Assembly (NCBI GenBank): GCA_964187785.1 | Contig: OZ076409.1 | Span: 27,034,001-27,098,000 of the forward strand | Length of the DNA stretch: 64,000 bases | Direction: 5' to 3' | DNA from: Amphiscolops sp. MND2022 | Lineage: Eukaryota | Shown here: one piece after another, positions 1 to 13,200 of the stretch | How positions within the stretch are numbered: position 1 is the first letter of the stretch | Layout: each line of letters opens with the position of its first letter | Position numbers and translations under genes: made by a program | The notes under the pieces: model-generated | Database searches by the model: none | What the model saw: only the letters and a program-made list of their open reading frames with translations | Told to the model about the DNA's origin: nothing

Positions 1-16
1 GTCTACGTCCGTTTGA

Positions 17-609
17 TCAGTTACGGTATGAGCTTTTTTTCCAAAACTCGTTTTGACCAAAACTTGTGGTGCAGAATTCATTGACGTAGTCACACAACCC
101 AAACCTCTTGCATAGTCCAACAAATTCGAATCTGCCTTAGTAAGACGTTCCTGTAGATAAATAGGTTTATTATTGATAGGGTTCATCTTACCTTTGAGTT
201 GATACTTTCTTGCCCAAATGCGGTCCTTAGTGTAAAAATGAAGAAATCTCATTATTACATTTGGTGGTTGTCGACGGTCCGTGAACATGCCCAATGGATG
301 ACACTCTTGTAGGTCCGTCTATTGCACCACGATACCCAGATACTCCCGCAAGAATTGAGTAACATCTTTAAAATATGAAATACCAGAGGTAAGTGGTAAG
401 TTAGAAACGATAATGCAATTTTTGGAGTTGTATCTTTCTTGTTCATTAATTTGTTTGGATAAATAACGAACATCTTCTTTCAATGAATTTATTTCAGAAT
501 CTTTGGCTTTCAATTCGGCCTGGAAAAGGCGGCAAATTTGGCTAACAATGGAATTTTCTTCATTGTTTTCTAGTTCAGTAATAAGTTCATTTAGTTTGGA
601 CGCGGCCAT
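17..609 (-). pseudogene. LINE (CR1/L2/L1-type) ORF1-like remnant in the upstream intron of the host gene
   Basis: Minus-strand reading MAASKLNE..coiled coil..EQERYNSKNCIIVSNLP, one TAG at 319-321, then the same frame continues CHPLG..PNVIMRF..KDRIW..PIYLQERLT. This follows the coiled-coil/RRM/CTD motif order of non-LTR ORF1 proteins (EQYSRRNN..HRL..IIVRF..IYINENLT). Recognised by eye. Confidence 0.55.
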
Positions 610-1035
610 GTTTAATTCAGCGCACACAATTGTTTAGCTGTCTTGTTTACTCTCAACAACCGACTGATCGTTAGCTATGCATATGTGTTTTTTGTTACTA
701 CGCCGACTAAAAAGTATGGAGAAGGCAAGGTTCGAAACCCATCCATACTTCTTTAAAAAGCAAACAAGTCTGGCAAAGTTGAGATATACCGACCACCTAC
801 TTCCTGCTAAAACCGAAAAAAAAATTCAGGCTCCAGTCCGTGTTCGAACCATGCGGACGCACCGCCAACTGGGCCACGGTGACCAAAATATCCGCCTAAC
901 TAGCTAAATGGATTATCACTTAAGTGGATTTTAGCAGAATTTGGAGAAAAAACGCTTGAACGTGGAAATTTCCAATCAAGTATAGTTTTGGAGGATTATT
1001 TTTCTAAGGTGGTTTATGTGTTTTTTTTGTTTCAG

Positions 1036-1252
1036 AAGAAGCGCCAGTGTCGTCTGATATTGGAACTATCCAGTCAGTGCTGGCTGAGACCATTTCCAGT
1101 CGGTTCATCCAACTGACCTGGGAAGTATCCAGGTCTCCCCACTCCGAGGCGAGTGCATCCCTCAACAGTACAAACAACGGGGTCACAAAGAAAAACATAG
1201 CTGCCTTTGAATTGCGTTATGCCGTGTCGTCTGGCAATGTGTTTCCTAAAAG
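1036..1252 (+). CDS. DCC-like exon (FN3-1 N-part)
   Basis: tttcag acceptor, AG|gtagct donor; SSRFIQLTW..FELRY. Confidence 0.8.
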
Positions 1253-4200
1253 GTAGCTTCTTACGTTTGTTACCTGATTTTCATTGTTGCCAAATCTTTC
1301 TTAAAATTCTCCATTTTTATTATCTTGCTCTAAAAAGACAGGCATTTAACAGAAAAAGAATGAGAATGATTTTAATCCATCCAAAGAATGGTTGCTGCGA
1401 CAAATTTTTTCCGAATACTTCAATAGCGTCGTCAAAAATTGTACGGATGTTATTTCCATCATTTTCTTAGAATTTTTAGTCAGCACTTCTAGTGACATTT
1501 TTAATGTTATATGAGTGGTATGTAGTCACCAAGTCTGCGAATTTTTGAGGCGCCAGTTTTCTCAAATTTTTCTCAGAGCTATTAACATTTTTCAAATGAT
1601 GTAAAAGCATTGTCATTTTAATTTTTCCATTCCGCAGTCTTCTCTTTATGGCTTATATTGAAAATGTAACAGCTTATTCATTACATTGTTTGTTGGGCGA
1701 CATTGCAAATTGGTCCAGGTTTTCAATTTCTAAGCACAACACGACGAAGACACAGATGGCTGAAACATGAAAGGATGGCCTTGGAATTTTCAATGTGCGA
1801 TGCATCTTTTGATGCTGCAGCTAACACTGAATGCACGATTGATATGTAACAGTTGTGTAGTTGACACAATATTACATGCAAACATAACATGTTTTTTACT
1901 AGAGAAACTTGTTATTTAGTGAAAGTTTGTCAGACTATGTATTTAGAAGTGTTGTGCAGTCATTGGAAACAAAGAGTTGTTGAAAACCCCTCCCATTTTT
2001 CTCTCAAACTGTTAAATGCCATTCAACGAATTGGTTTCATTTTTGAAAGGAGAAAAAAATAACAGACGTGAAAAAACTTTTGGGATCGAAAAAGAAATTA
2101 CACGACTTTTAAGTTTTTACATTTCTTATTGAATCAATCTTCAGTCGAATTTCGATCTTCTTTCGAAAAGCTAACAAATTTTTTTTTTAAATAAAAACTT
2201 GACAAGTTTCCGTTTCAGATACAAACTTCTCAGAACCAACAGTCAATCAGCTTCTTTTATCGCTTCCGATTTAACCCCTAGCACTTCGTATAGTTTCATA
2301 ATCCGTGCCCTGGACGAATCAGGAAGAGCTGGTCCCTTCTCGAGTATAAAAACAGTGTCCACCATTTCCGAAAACCAGAGACCCGGAAAAGTGCAGGGTC
2401 TTGTGATGGCGTCTGTTGAAACTCGCCAAGTGGGTCTAAGGTGGTCAAAAGCAGAGTCTCAGAACTCGGATGTTGAGTATGAGGTGCTGTATCAAGAGGA
2501 GAACACCATAAATGGTCTGACTCACAAGCAAATTGCGACAAGTGAAGAGCACGTGGTTTTGGGATTGGCGGAGTTTACCAGGTAAATGTCGAAAAACTAT
2601 TGTCGAAGAAACTATTGTCAAAAAAAATTGTCGAGAAGAAATGGAAAGCGGAGAGTATCAAGATTTGAATACATTATCTGTCCTAAATATCAAAGTGTTA
2701 ACAAAGAAGGCAGAGTTTTTATGTTGCCACATTTTGCCTTAGCTGGAATTTTGTTTTAAAAAAGTGTCTGGACATTTTGCTCAAGGGCATTACGCCCAAT
2801 AATTAAGGGGACGGTATCATCCGGAAATTGTGAAAGTAAAAAATACGTCCAAAGAAAGCAATCGTGATCTGCCACGGCCATATACCTCTAGTGATCCAAT
2901 CACAAAAGCGAAGCGAAGCGGAGCGGCGTGCCATTACCGGTCTAGCGGCTAGTTTCGACGAAAGCGAAGCACCGCAAAAGGAGGATGCCCGAGTCATACA
3001 ATAACATTTTGCAAAGGGGTGCATGCATATAACTCAGAACCGTGTTTGAAAACTGTACATTTACTTTTATCTATTTGAAAAAAAATGAATGCGAATTTTA
3101 TTTTCATGACATTCACCCCTTTGCAAATTCATTAGCGTTATCGTTCTTTATTCCATGTAATGTAACTTTCTTTTTTGCAGGTACAGTTTTGTGGTTCGAG
3201 CTAAAAACAAGTTTGGATTCGGGAGACATTCAGACGCAATCAGTTGCCAGACCTTATCAGATATGCCGAGCGGGTACCCCAATAATATCGACATAATCAC
3301 CGACTCCACTGAACGCCTCGTCATCAAATGGAAGCCCCCCGCTCTTGTTGATTGGAACGGATACTTAACAGGTAACCCAAGGGAATAAACCACCAACATT
3401 ATAACTTTTAATCCCGTATTTATTACTTTCATTAACTCGATTAGTTTATCATTTCAAACAATTTTCGGTTCCATTGCGAAATTTTATTTGGTAATTTTGA
3501 GGTAGCTCAAAAGAAACGGCGGTTCGATTGTATCAAATATTCTTTTTCATTTTGCCAACTATTTATAGTCTGAAATTATTGAATTTCTGATCAAAAATCA
3601 AGGTGCGTTACGTATGACATGCAATGATGTGTCGATGGTAAATCACGCTAATTTCAACGTTCATTTCTAATCATGTAGCTAAGCTTTCATTGATGGGTTG
3701 CTTGAAAAAATATATAATGGCTAAAAGGCAATTTTTCAAAAGAGAATATCCTATTACCTCTGGGCAACTTCAGAGAGTTTGAACCTAGACGAACGGCAAT
3801 TTGGTAAAAACCAGTCCTTTTTGATCATTTCATTTAGGCCAGCAAACGTTAATCTAACTTAGAAATACGCTTCGAAAAAAAAGATCAATCGTGGCTATGA
3901 GGGACAAATACAGAACTGCAAATAAGGAATCTTCTCCCTGTGCTGCGCGTCGTTATCAATTATATCTAAAATAATACCTGCTCTCACTTTCTATTTTGGT
4001 AGGAGCATCAAGTTGAATATTTTTGAAATCAAAATTTATCCATATTCATTCCAATTGGGAATTCATTCCAATTGGGCGACATGCCAAAAAAGCTGTAGTT
4101 AAAATGGTCGAAAACCCAAAAAACGATTATGAGCATCACTTAGCGAACAAAATGAGCAAATTAACTCGCAATTGTTGCCACAGGGTTTTTTGAAAAACCA

Positions 4201-7200
4201 TTAACGTGAACTAGATGAGCTTCTGTGAAAATTTCATTTCTGATATCTGATGATTTTCAAAATTTCAATCGACTGAATGAACCGACTGAAATTTCAACCG
4301 GCCGATGAAAAGGCCTGGAAACGAGTGCACAAAAAAGGATCTCAAATTGGGTGACTTTGAAGAGCCATAACTCCGACCCCAATCAAAGAATGAACCCCAA
4401 AATAGGGACCCCTTCCTCATTTGAGCCATACTTCCGGGACAGAAGGAAAAACAGAATTCGAAAAGATTTTTTCTAAATGAATCTTTTCTGGGGAGTTTTT
4501 TCGACTTTTTCGCATTATATCACTTTTGAGCTAGTTGTTTCCTCCGATTTCCTGTTTAACTCACATTTGTTAACCCTCATATTTGTTTGTGAACGTGTTG
4601 TGGGATATTTGAGTATTTGTAGTCAATCTTAGCCTACTTAGAGAGACAGAAAGTGCCCAACATAGCCAATTTACTGAGTATGAAAGTATTGTTACTTGTA
4701 GTAAACCAACGGATATTCACTCATAAGTTCTTATTTATACATAAATATTGGTTTGTATATTGTTTACTCTATTAGTCGATGTACCTGAGATGATGTATTA
4801 CCATATTAGAAAGGAAAATTGACTTCTTTAAAGCATGTTGAGAGTGTTTTGGAAGTTACAAAATCTTCGGTTTTCAACACAGCTTAGTAAAGTTTTCGGA
4901 GATTTTAGTAAAAATCGTGAGTAAAATTCATACCAGGGACAGGCCGACGGTCAAACGCCTTAGCTATTAGAATCGGCCTTCACCTTATGGTGCTGCGGCC
5001 CGGGAAGGTTGCGTTATTTTTCGCTATCTTTTAATTTTGTGTTCCCAAATCTTCAGTTTTGTTAGAATTGCAGTTACCCAACTTGTTTGCTCTCATCTTA
5101 AAGTAGAGTAAACTTCTTATTTAATTGGAAATTGCATTCAAACCAAAAGGGACTTGAGTCGTTGTCCATCGGGTTGACCAAATTACAACACAGGGGACAA
5201 TTTGGCAGAAATCATTGCACAAAGGTTGCATTGTTTGACCCAACTGACCCCAAAGTAATGGTGGTGAAACAGGGCGGAACAACTCAAGTGTGGAGATGAA
5301 ATTGGACCAGAAAATGGAGACGAATCCCGTGAACATGAGAAAGACTCTACGAATTACGACGCTCCAGCAGAGGTGAGTCGAGAACTGAAGCAATCCACCA
5401 GTAAATGCTTATCCACGATGAAGACTGCAGCGAACGAAGTATCAACAATCCAATGTTGGTTCGCAATCTTCAAGAATTAGTGAACGACGTCGACTTCAGA
5501 TTCGAGCAAAACTATTGGAGCAAGAGTCTCGAATGGCAATTGAGAAAAAGGAAAGAGACCTTGAACTAAAACGCCAGCAGCGACAATTGTAATTGGAAGC
5601 ACTGCAAGCAGAAACGCAGTTAGCTAATTTACTGGATCAGACATCCTTAAAGATGCAGGAAATGAAACTTCAAATCGAAGAGGCAGAAGGCTCTTGTCAT
5701 GGTTCAACTATTAGCCCAAGCCTGACGTCTCTGTCAATCGATGAGGATAAAAACAGGAGCATCAGAAACTGGTTAGATCAAAACAGTGACGTTATGGATC
5801 TTTAGAAGCAAAAATTGCAGAATGTAGAGAATGCCGAAAAAGGGAAAACCACGAAGTGGAGGACAACCTTTGAAAGTTTCTGAGAGGAAGGATCCTTCTG
5901 CCCAGTGTAAGGGTGAATGATTAAGTGATCGCAGTGATAAAAGTCAGAGTCGTTCAAAATCAGAACGATCTCACCGAAACGACGTCTCAATGTAAACGAC
6001 GAAGTAGCCAAAAGGTCGTTCCGTGTCAACACTTTACCTTTGCAGCAAGCTGTCGTGCCTCAATGGACAGTACAAGCATCAAGCTTGCCGAAATTGAAGA
6101 TGACTGAATTTGCAGGTGACCCTCCTCTGTAGTGGCCCGAAAGGTCCAGTCTGTTTATTGCAGTCATTCACAATGCACCAATCGACGACCTTGCGAAGAT
6201 GAGCCATCTGAAGACGTTAGTCAAAGGTCAAGCTAAAGCTGCGGTTGCAGGTCTAGGCTTCTCAGGGACATTGTATCACACTAACTGAGACACGCTAGTC
6301 CGCAATTTTGGTCGACCCCGGACAGTAGTAATTGGTGGCCGATAAAAAACAGTCATTCTCTGCCGATAAAACACGCACAACTGGTTCTTCGATGTCTTCC
6401 ACGCTTATGAGGCGGAGCAATAATCCTTCAGTGCTAACCCAAAACCGACTAGCAAATGTGTATTTTGTGGAAATACGCATGGAGTATGGGTTTGTGATTC
6501 GTTCAAGAAGCTTAACATAATTAACCGTTACCAAAGGGTGAAAGACGCAAAATTGTGATTCTTGTGCCTGCGTAGTGGACATCCTGTGAAGGACTGCAAA
6601 ATGAAAAAATGTGGAAACGATAATTGTAAAAAACGACACAATCGATTGCTTCACAGGTCAGAACCTTCCTCAAGGCCAGCTACCAAAGCAACTGAAACCG
6701 AAGAGACACAGACAGGTGTCGGGTTGAATAACTTTGGCATTCTACCCGTCAAAGAAGTTGAATCATCGAACGATGGTTACCGATTGAAAGTGCTCGCTTT
6801 AATTGACAGTGGATCTAGTCTTTCATGGGTCGACAAATCATTAGCATATCACCTGGATTTGCATGGTGCGCATCACAATAATACAGCCAGTGGCAATAAT
6901 GGCATCGAAAACCATGACAGTTAGCTGATACAAGTTCCTCTCAATACTCAAGAATGCGGAAGTCCTAAACTGCAAATGGCAATTCATAAAAATTTGGTTA
7001 TTGGTGACAGTTATTACGACGTTCAACAAATGAAAAAACAGTATCCACAATTGGCAAGTGGTCCTGCATACAATATCCGCCTGAAGACGTCAAAGTGATC
7101 CTTGGAACAGACTGTTTTCCCATGACGAGGCCATTAGAATATGAACGCGGGAAGTCAAGTGAACCATGGGCGGTCCGAAGTGCACTCGGGTGGATTGTGA

Positions 7201-10200
7201 GTAGTCCTATGCAAAAACGGGTTGTGTCAATCTTGAGTTCAGGTCAAAGTTCGATTCTTCAAACGAGCGAAAAGGACATGAATAAACAGATCAAGACTTG
7301 GTGGGACAATGAACGTTATGGTTCACGAGTGAAAGTTGATGGACGTTCCAGATCAGATGTCAAGGCACTGGAAACTTTAGAGAAAACGACAGTTCGCGAA
7401 GACAACAGATGTACGATGGGAATGTTGTGGAGTTGTCCGCGCTCTACATTGCCAATTAACTTTCCAAGCGCTGTTAAGCATTTTAGTCACTTGCGACTCG
7501 ATTATCCAAAAACACCGAGTTGAAGACAGCTTGTTCTGATACGATCAAAACAGCTGAAGAATCTGGTTACATTCCCAAAATGAACCCAATTGAGTCCGCG
7601 ATGCCGCTAGCGAATTCGAAGGGTTTTCATTGAACAAAAATTTACTTGTTGGCCCAGATTTGTTGCAAAATCTCATGGGTATTATCTGGCAGTTCCGCCA
7701 AAAATCTTTCGGAACGAGTGCAAATATTGAAGCAATGTTCCTGCAGATGGAAGTACCTGTAGCTGACGCCAAATGTCTACGTTTTGTTTGGCGAGAAACA
7801 CAATCTGATGACATGTCAACCAATGAGAAAACCCGCCACATTTTCGGAGCCAAGGATTCCCCTACTTTTGCGAATTATGCTTTACAACGCACAGCCACGG
7901 ATATCGAGGACAAACTTCACGATGTTTCAAAAATAATCAAACGCAATTTTTACATGGATGACTTCCTCTATTCAGATAAGAGTACACAAAAAGCAGAAAT
8001 TCTGAAGCAAAATCTGATTACGTTTTCGAAAAGAGGTGGTCTTAGCTTGTCCAAAGGGCAATCGAATGTAAAGGATCTTTGCGAGAAGGATAGTGATGTG
8101 TACAGTGTTACGGTTTTGGGTTTGGAGTGGAACCTTGCCAGAGACGGCCCAAAACTGTCCCGTGGTTTCGCTTGTTGGGAAATTTCTGTAATCACTCATC
8201 GAGTGGTTCTTTCCGTTTCTTTATCCAATTTTGACCCATTGGGATTGCCTTCGCCATTCACTGTCAGAATTCGCTTAATTTTGCAATAGGCTCTGAATTC
8301 CTGGGATGAACAAATTCCAGAAGACATAATGAAACAATATCTCGAATGGCTGCAAGAAGTTCCTGCTTTGAAAGAGCTGTCAATCAGCCGATGATATGGT
8401 TGGGAGAAAGCATTGAAATTCAATTGCATGTGTTTGCAGACGCATCTGAAATGGGACTTTGCGACGTTGCCTACTTGAGGTTTGAAAAAGGTGATAATAT
8501 CAATGTTTCTTTCGTAATGGGAAAGACACGAGTAGCACCCATCAAAGGTACTATCATTCCGCTGGGGCTCCAAGCAGCCCTTCATGCGTCTCGAATAGAA
8601 GTGTCAATTCTTGAAGAACACGATATCACCATCGATCGAGTTTATATGTGGAGTGATTCTACAACGGTAAAACAATGGCTGAATGCTTTCGACAAAAAAC
8701 AGCAGATATTTGTTGCGAATCGCCTAAAAAATTTGGAAAACACAAAGCTGGGTAAATGAAGTCACATCCCCGGTGGACAAGATCCAGCCAATCTCGGCAC
8801 GCAAGGGATGAGAGCCAAGGAAATTGCGACTAGTGTGTGGCTAAACGGGACGGCGTGGCTCAGAGAAAATGAAGCTCAATGGTCAAAAGCTACCACATAG
8901 CGCACTATTGTTGAGGACACTTTAAAAAGAATTCAAGTGGTTTTTCTGCTGGCAAACAAGCCACTTGTGATACAACGGGAGTAACTTAGTTCTTGGACAA
9001 AGATAGTTCACACTATTTGCTACATACTTCGCCGGAAAAGCCTCAATCAAATCAAAGGACCAATTTCAATGGACGACTACCAGAAATCAGAACGAAAGAC
9101 CTTCAAATTGGTTCAAAAAGAGGCGTTCCGACAGAAAATGTAGCTTTGACTGAAAAGACGGTGTTATCTTCGAAATCAAGCATTGCTCAACTTTGCCCCA
9201 TTCTTGATGACAATGGCATTCTGCGAGCTTCTGGGCAATTATCCAAAGCGGATTTCGATTTCGATACAGAACATCTAATTCTTCAACCGTCAAAACACCC
9301 TAAAATGCAGCTGATGATATTGAATTGTCGTTTAGACGAATATTATCAAGGTGTTGGAAATATGCGACACGAGTTACAGCAAACGTTCTGGATATTGGGC
9401 TTCCGAAATACATTACGGGGCATTAAAAGCTGCTGCGTTCATGCAAGAAATACAGTGCGAATGTCCAGGCTCCAATTATCGCCGATTTACCTCGCGACAG
9501 AGTGGAAAAGGTAGATTTCCATTCACTTTTGTTGAAATTGACTATTATGGATCTTTGGAGGTAAAATAAATGAGAAAAACCATGAAATGATGCGCTTGTG
9601 TTTTCACCTGCTTTTCCACGAGAACTATTCACCTCGAAATGGTTTATTCACCAGATACAGATTCTTGCCTGAGCGCATGAACGCGATTTATTGCCACCCA
9701 TCGACAATTTGGAGTGATAATGGAACAAGTTTTGTTGGTACGAATGTGTTAAACTAGTGACTTCCAGGAAAAACTGCGTCAAAAGAAGATCACTTGGAAG
9801 TTCAGCCCTGCAGCAGCGCCACATTTTGGTGGGTATTGGGAGCGGATGGCGAAGACCTGCTAACAAGCCATCTACCATGTCCTGGATGGACAACGACTTA
9901 CGGATGAACTTCTAGCTACAATTTTTTGTCTTACGGAGCAACTGTTAAATGCACCCCTCTCACTCCTAATTCTAATGATCTGGCAGACTTAGAAGCACAC
10001 ACGCCAAATCATTTCCTTTGGGCCGGCCGAGAATTGCGATTCTTTATTTGCCAGTTGCGCAGAAGTATCAAATTCACAGGAAAATGTTCCGTGTGGCTCA
10101 GGCTCACATGGACAATATCTGGTCAAGATGGTTGAAACAAAACCTTCCATTGCATAAAAGTCGCCAGAAAAGGTACAAAGAACGTCCCCAATTGACAAAA

Positions 10201-13200
10201 AACATGAGCTGGTGTGCATTGTTGACGATCGGGAAAAACGGGGTTTTTACAGCCTTGGAAGGGTAAAAGGTCTCCGACCTCAATGAAAGAATGAACCCCA
10301 AAATATGGGGCCCCTTCCTCATTTGAGCCAAACTTCCGGGACAGAAGAAAAAACGGAATTCGAAAAGTTTTTTTCTAAAATAATCTTTTCTGGGGACTTT
10401 TTTAGACTTTTTCGCATTATATCACTTCTGAGCTAGTTGTTTCCTACCGTTTCCTGTTTAACTCACATTTGTTAACCCTCATATTTGTTTGTAAACGTGT
10501 TGTGGGAATATATTTGAGTATTTGTAGTCAACCTTAGCCTACTTAGAGAGACAGAAAGTGCCCAACATTATTTACTGAGTATGAAGTGTGGTTACTCGTA
10601 GTAAACCAACGGATATTCACTCATAAGTTCATATTTATACATAAATATTGGTTTGTTAATTGTTTACTCTATTAGTCGATGTACCTGAGATGTTGTATTA
10701 CCATATTAGAACGGAAAATTGACTTCTTTAAAGCAAGTTGAGAGTGTTTTGGAAGTTACAAAATCTTCGTTTTTCAACACGGCTTAGTAATGTTTTCGGA
10801 GACTTTCCTAAAATTCTTGAGTAAAATTCATACCAGGGACAGGCCGAGGGTTCGAACGCCTTAGCTATTAGAATCAGCCTTTACATTCTTTAAATTCAAG
10901 TTTTAATATCGGATATGATCTCTAATCACAGTATTGTATCTTATATTAGATTCCGTTTGAAATAAAGTGGCAGAAAAGTGAAATCAGAACTTGACTCCCT
11001 TTTTTTGAGAATCTATATGGCTACAGTTCTTTTTGCAAGCGTTTTGCGATCCTGGATGGTCCGGCATGGACTTCCTGGCAAAGTGGAAGTTTTTCCCGAA
11101 AACCTATAACATAACTTTGGTGTTCTTCCTCTTAACGAATAACTTTTTCAGGACCCAGGTGTCCCGTGTTTGGATTTTTGGGCTATATATTCGCAAGTTT
11201 CAAAAAGCTCGATCGACATGTTCGTATCGATACCATGTTGTTGATGGTAAATTCTCAAAACCTGTAATAACGTATGTTCAAAATTCCTTTTTTTCAGCCT
11301 GAAGCCGTGCGTCGACTTGCGCCGTTCCCAAATAGTTTGTTCTTTGCATCACCCTGAAGTTTTTATATACACCACTGGTCTTTACATGCACCACTTTTAT
11401 AATTAAATTCCTGTTTATAGCTTCAACACGCTTGGCCCGCAAGTTCGAATCCTCCGGTGGTCTGTAAACTTTTTTCGACACCGCGCAACTTTCTCTCAAA
11501 AGTTTCAATTTTTTTCCAAAGGGTCCCCTTTCATTATTTCTGTTTTCACTTGGAAAAGACGTTTTTCGAGCCTGAAAGTTCGACTTTAGGATTTTGCTTC
11601 TGGGTGGTTTTTCCTAGAGAATAAAATTTTTCGAGAAATTTCTTCTTGAATTTTGATTTCCGAAAATGCTTCCGGTACAGAAATAGCCGTTTTTCCGGTC
11701 TCAAGTGAGCCTCATTCTAGCTTTTGGCACTCTCAGAGTGATGAGAATTTCCTTCGGCCTTTTTGAAAGAGTTCGCTGTTTTTGAGGTTTCAGGGAGACA
11801 CCAACTTGGTTCCTTCCCGGTTTGTTGGGACTAAAACTGGATCATGGTAAACGTTTGATCAAAACGAGTGCCCGTATTGCTGGGTGGGCAATAGCAATAG
11901 CTATAACTTAAATTTATTAAGATAACTAACGAATAGAAATCAGATAATTGTTATTCCCCGACATTGCTTGTTTTCATCAAAAACCATAGTTGCAGACGAT
12001 AGAAATGAATGACGATGAAAAGTTTTTTCATCTTTCAGAAAACTTCTAGAACTTTAACTGGATGTTTTTGATATAATATCTTTTTTTTCGTTTCTAGGTT
12101 ACTCCATCAAGTTCAGAACTGCAAACGAGAGGACCCCACAGTCTCGGAAACTTTTGCTCTCTGAGAGAGAGATTGTGAGCTTTGCGTCTGCTCTGAACAT
12201 GGGAATAGAAGCCGAAGAGGCCCAGCAGAGGTCAAAGTTCATCCTGGACGGGCTGACCCGTGACACGAAGTACGAGGTCGCAGTAGCGGCTATCAATACA
12301 AATGGAACGGGGCCCCACTCCGAGTGGACTGTTGGGAAAACAATGGACCATGAATTGTCAGGTTTGTAATATAATTTTCAGATTAGAATAAAAAGCTAGG
12401 ATCCTGAAAGTTTGAACAAAATGTGGACCAAAACTGACTGAAACGCTGAAATTGTGACAGCAGCTCCGAAAATAATGTGATGGTTTATCAATGTTACATC
12501 GAAACGAACGCTGCACTGAAATCCTAACTCAAGGCGTCGACATATTGGAGATACTAATACTGTAGAAGCCAGCATACTAGATTGATTCAAATTTCTTTTA
12601 GACTTTTGAGAAAATATTTGAGGAACTTTCCACAATAGTGACACATCTGACCGGAATCAATGAGTTTGGTTGCAACCAAAAGCATGCTTTTAAAAGATCA
12701 AAATTTTAATTGGAAACATTTGAAATTGGGGACAAGTTGTTGTAAAAATCCAATTTCAGAATGTATTATGCAATATATTGAATGCAATAGAGGAAAATGT
12801 CGGAGAATTGAACAAACTCCTCACTTTGAAGCCTACAGCGGCCGGAAATTTTACGAGTCCAGGGTTGAAGCTATATATAGCTATAACTTATATAGCCACA
12901 AGTTATGACTTATTTTAACACGCAGTTAGATGACGAGTGAAGTTGCGTTTATAGACTTCGTTTATAACCTTTTAATACAAACATTTCAAAGACATTTATA
13001 GCCAGAACCCGTGTTTATTGTAACTTTGTGCGATTATCATTTTGGCGATCTGTTCTATCCTATTGTAGTCCTAGGCAAACCTAGAAAATAGTCATAGCTA
13101 TCTTTAGGTGATAAAAGCTCCGTTATCAAAACATCATAAACTGTAGGTTACCAACGATGTCATGGAATTTAATATTCAAATGAATCATTTGTTTTGTAAT

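Larger units (their letters stand above)
4224..10885 (+). mobile_element. BEL/Pao LTR retrotransposon, degenerate, intronic, same strand as the host gene
   Basis: Direct repeats at 4371-4984 and 10272-10885. Gag CCHC knuckles (CLRSGHPVKDC..CKKRHNRLLH), protease LIDSGS, RT (NKNLLVGPDLL, IFGAKDSP, FYMDD), Pao RNase H (LHVFADAS, WSDST) and integrase (IDYYG, SDNGT, PHFGGYWER) occur in order, with many stops and frameshifts. Confidence 0.92.

Noticed and set aside
4219..4223. TSD for the BEL element
   Set aside because: The left flank GCTTC does not match the right flank TTCTT; no TSD is claimed.
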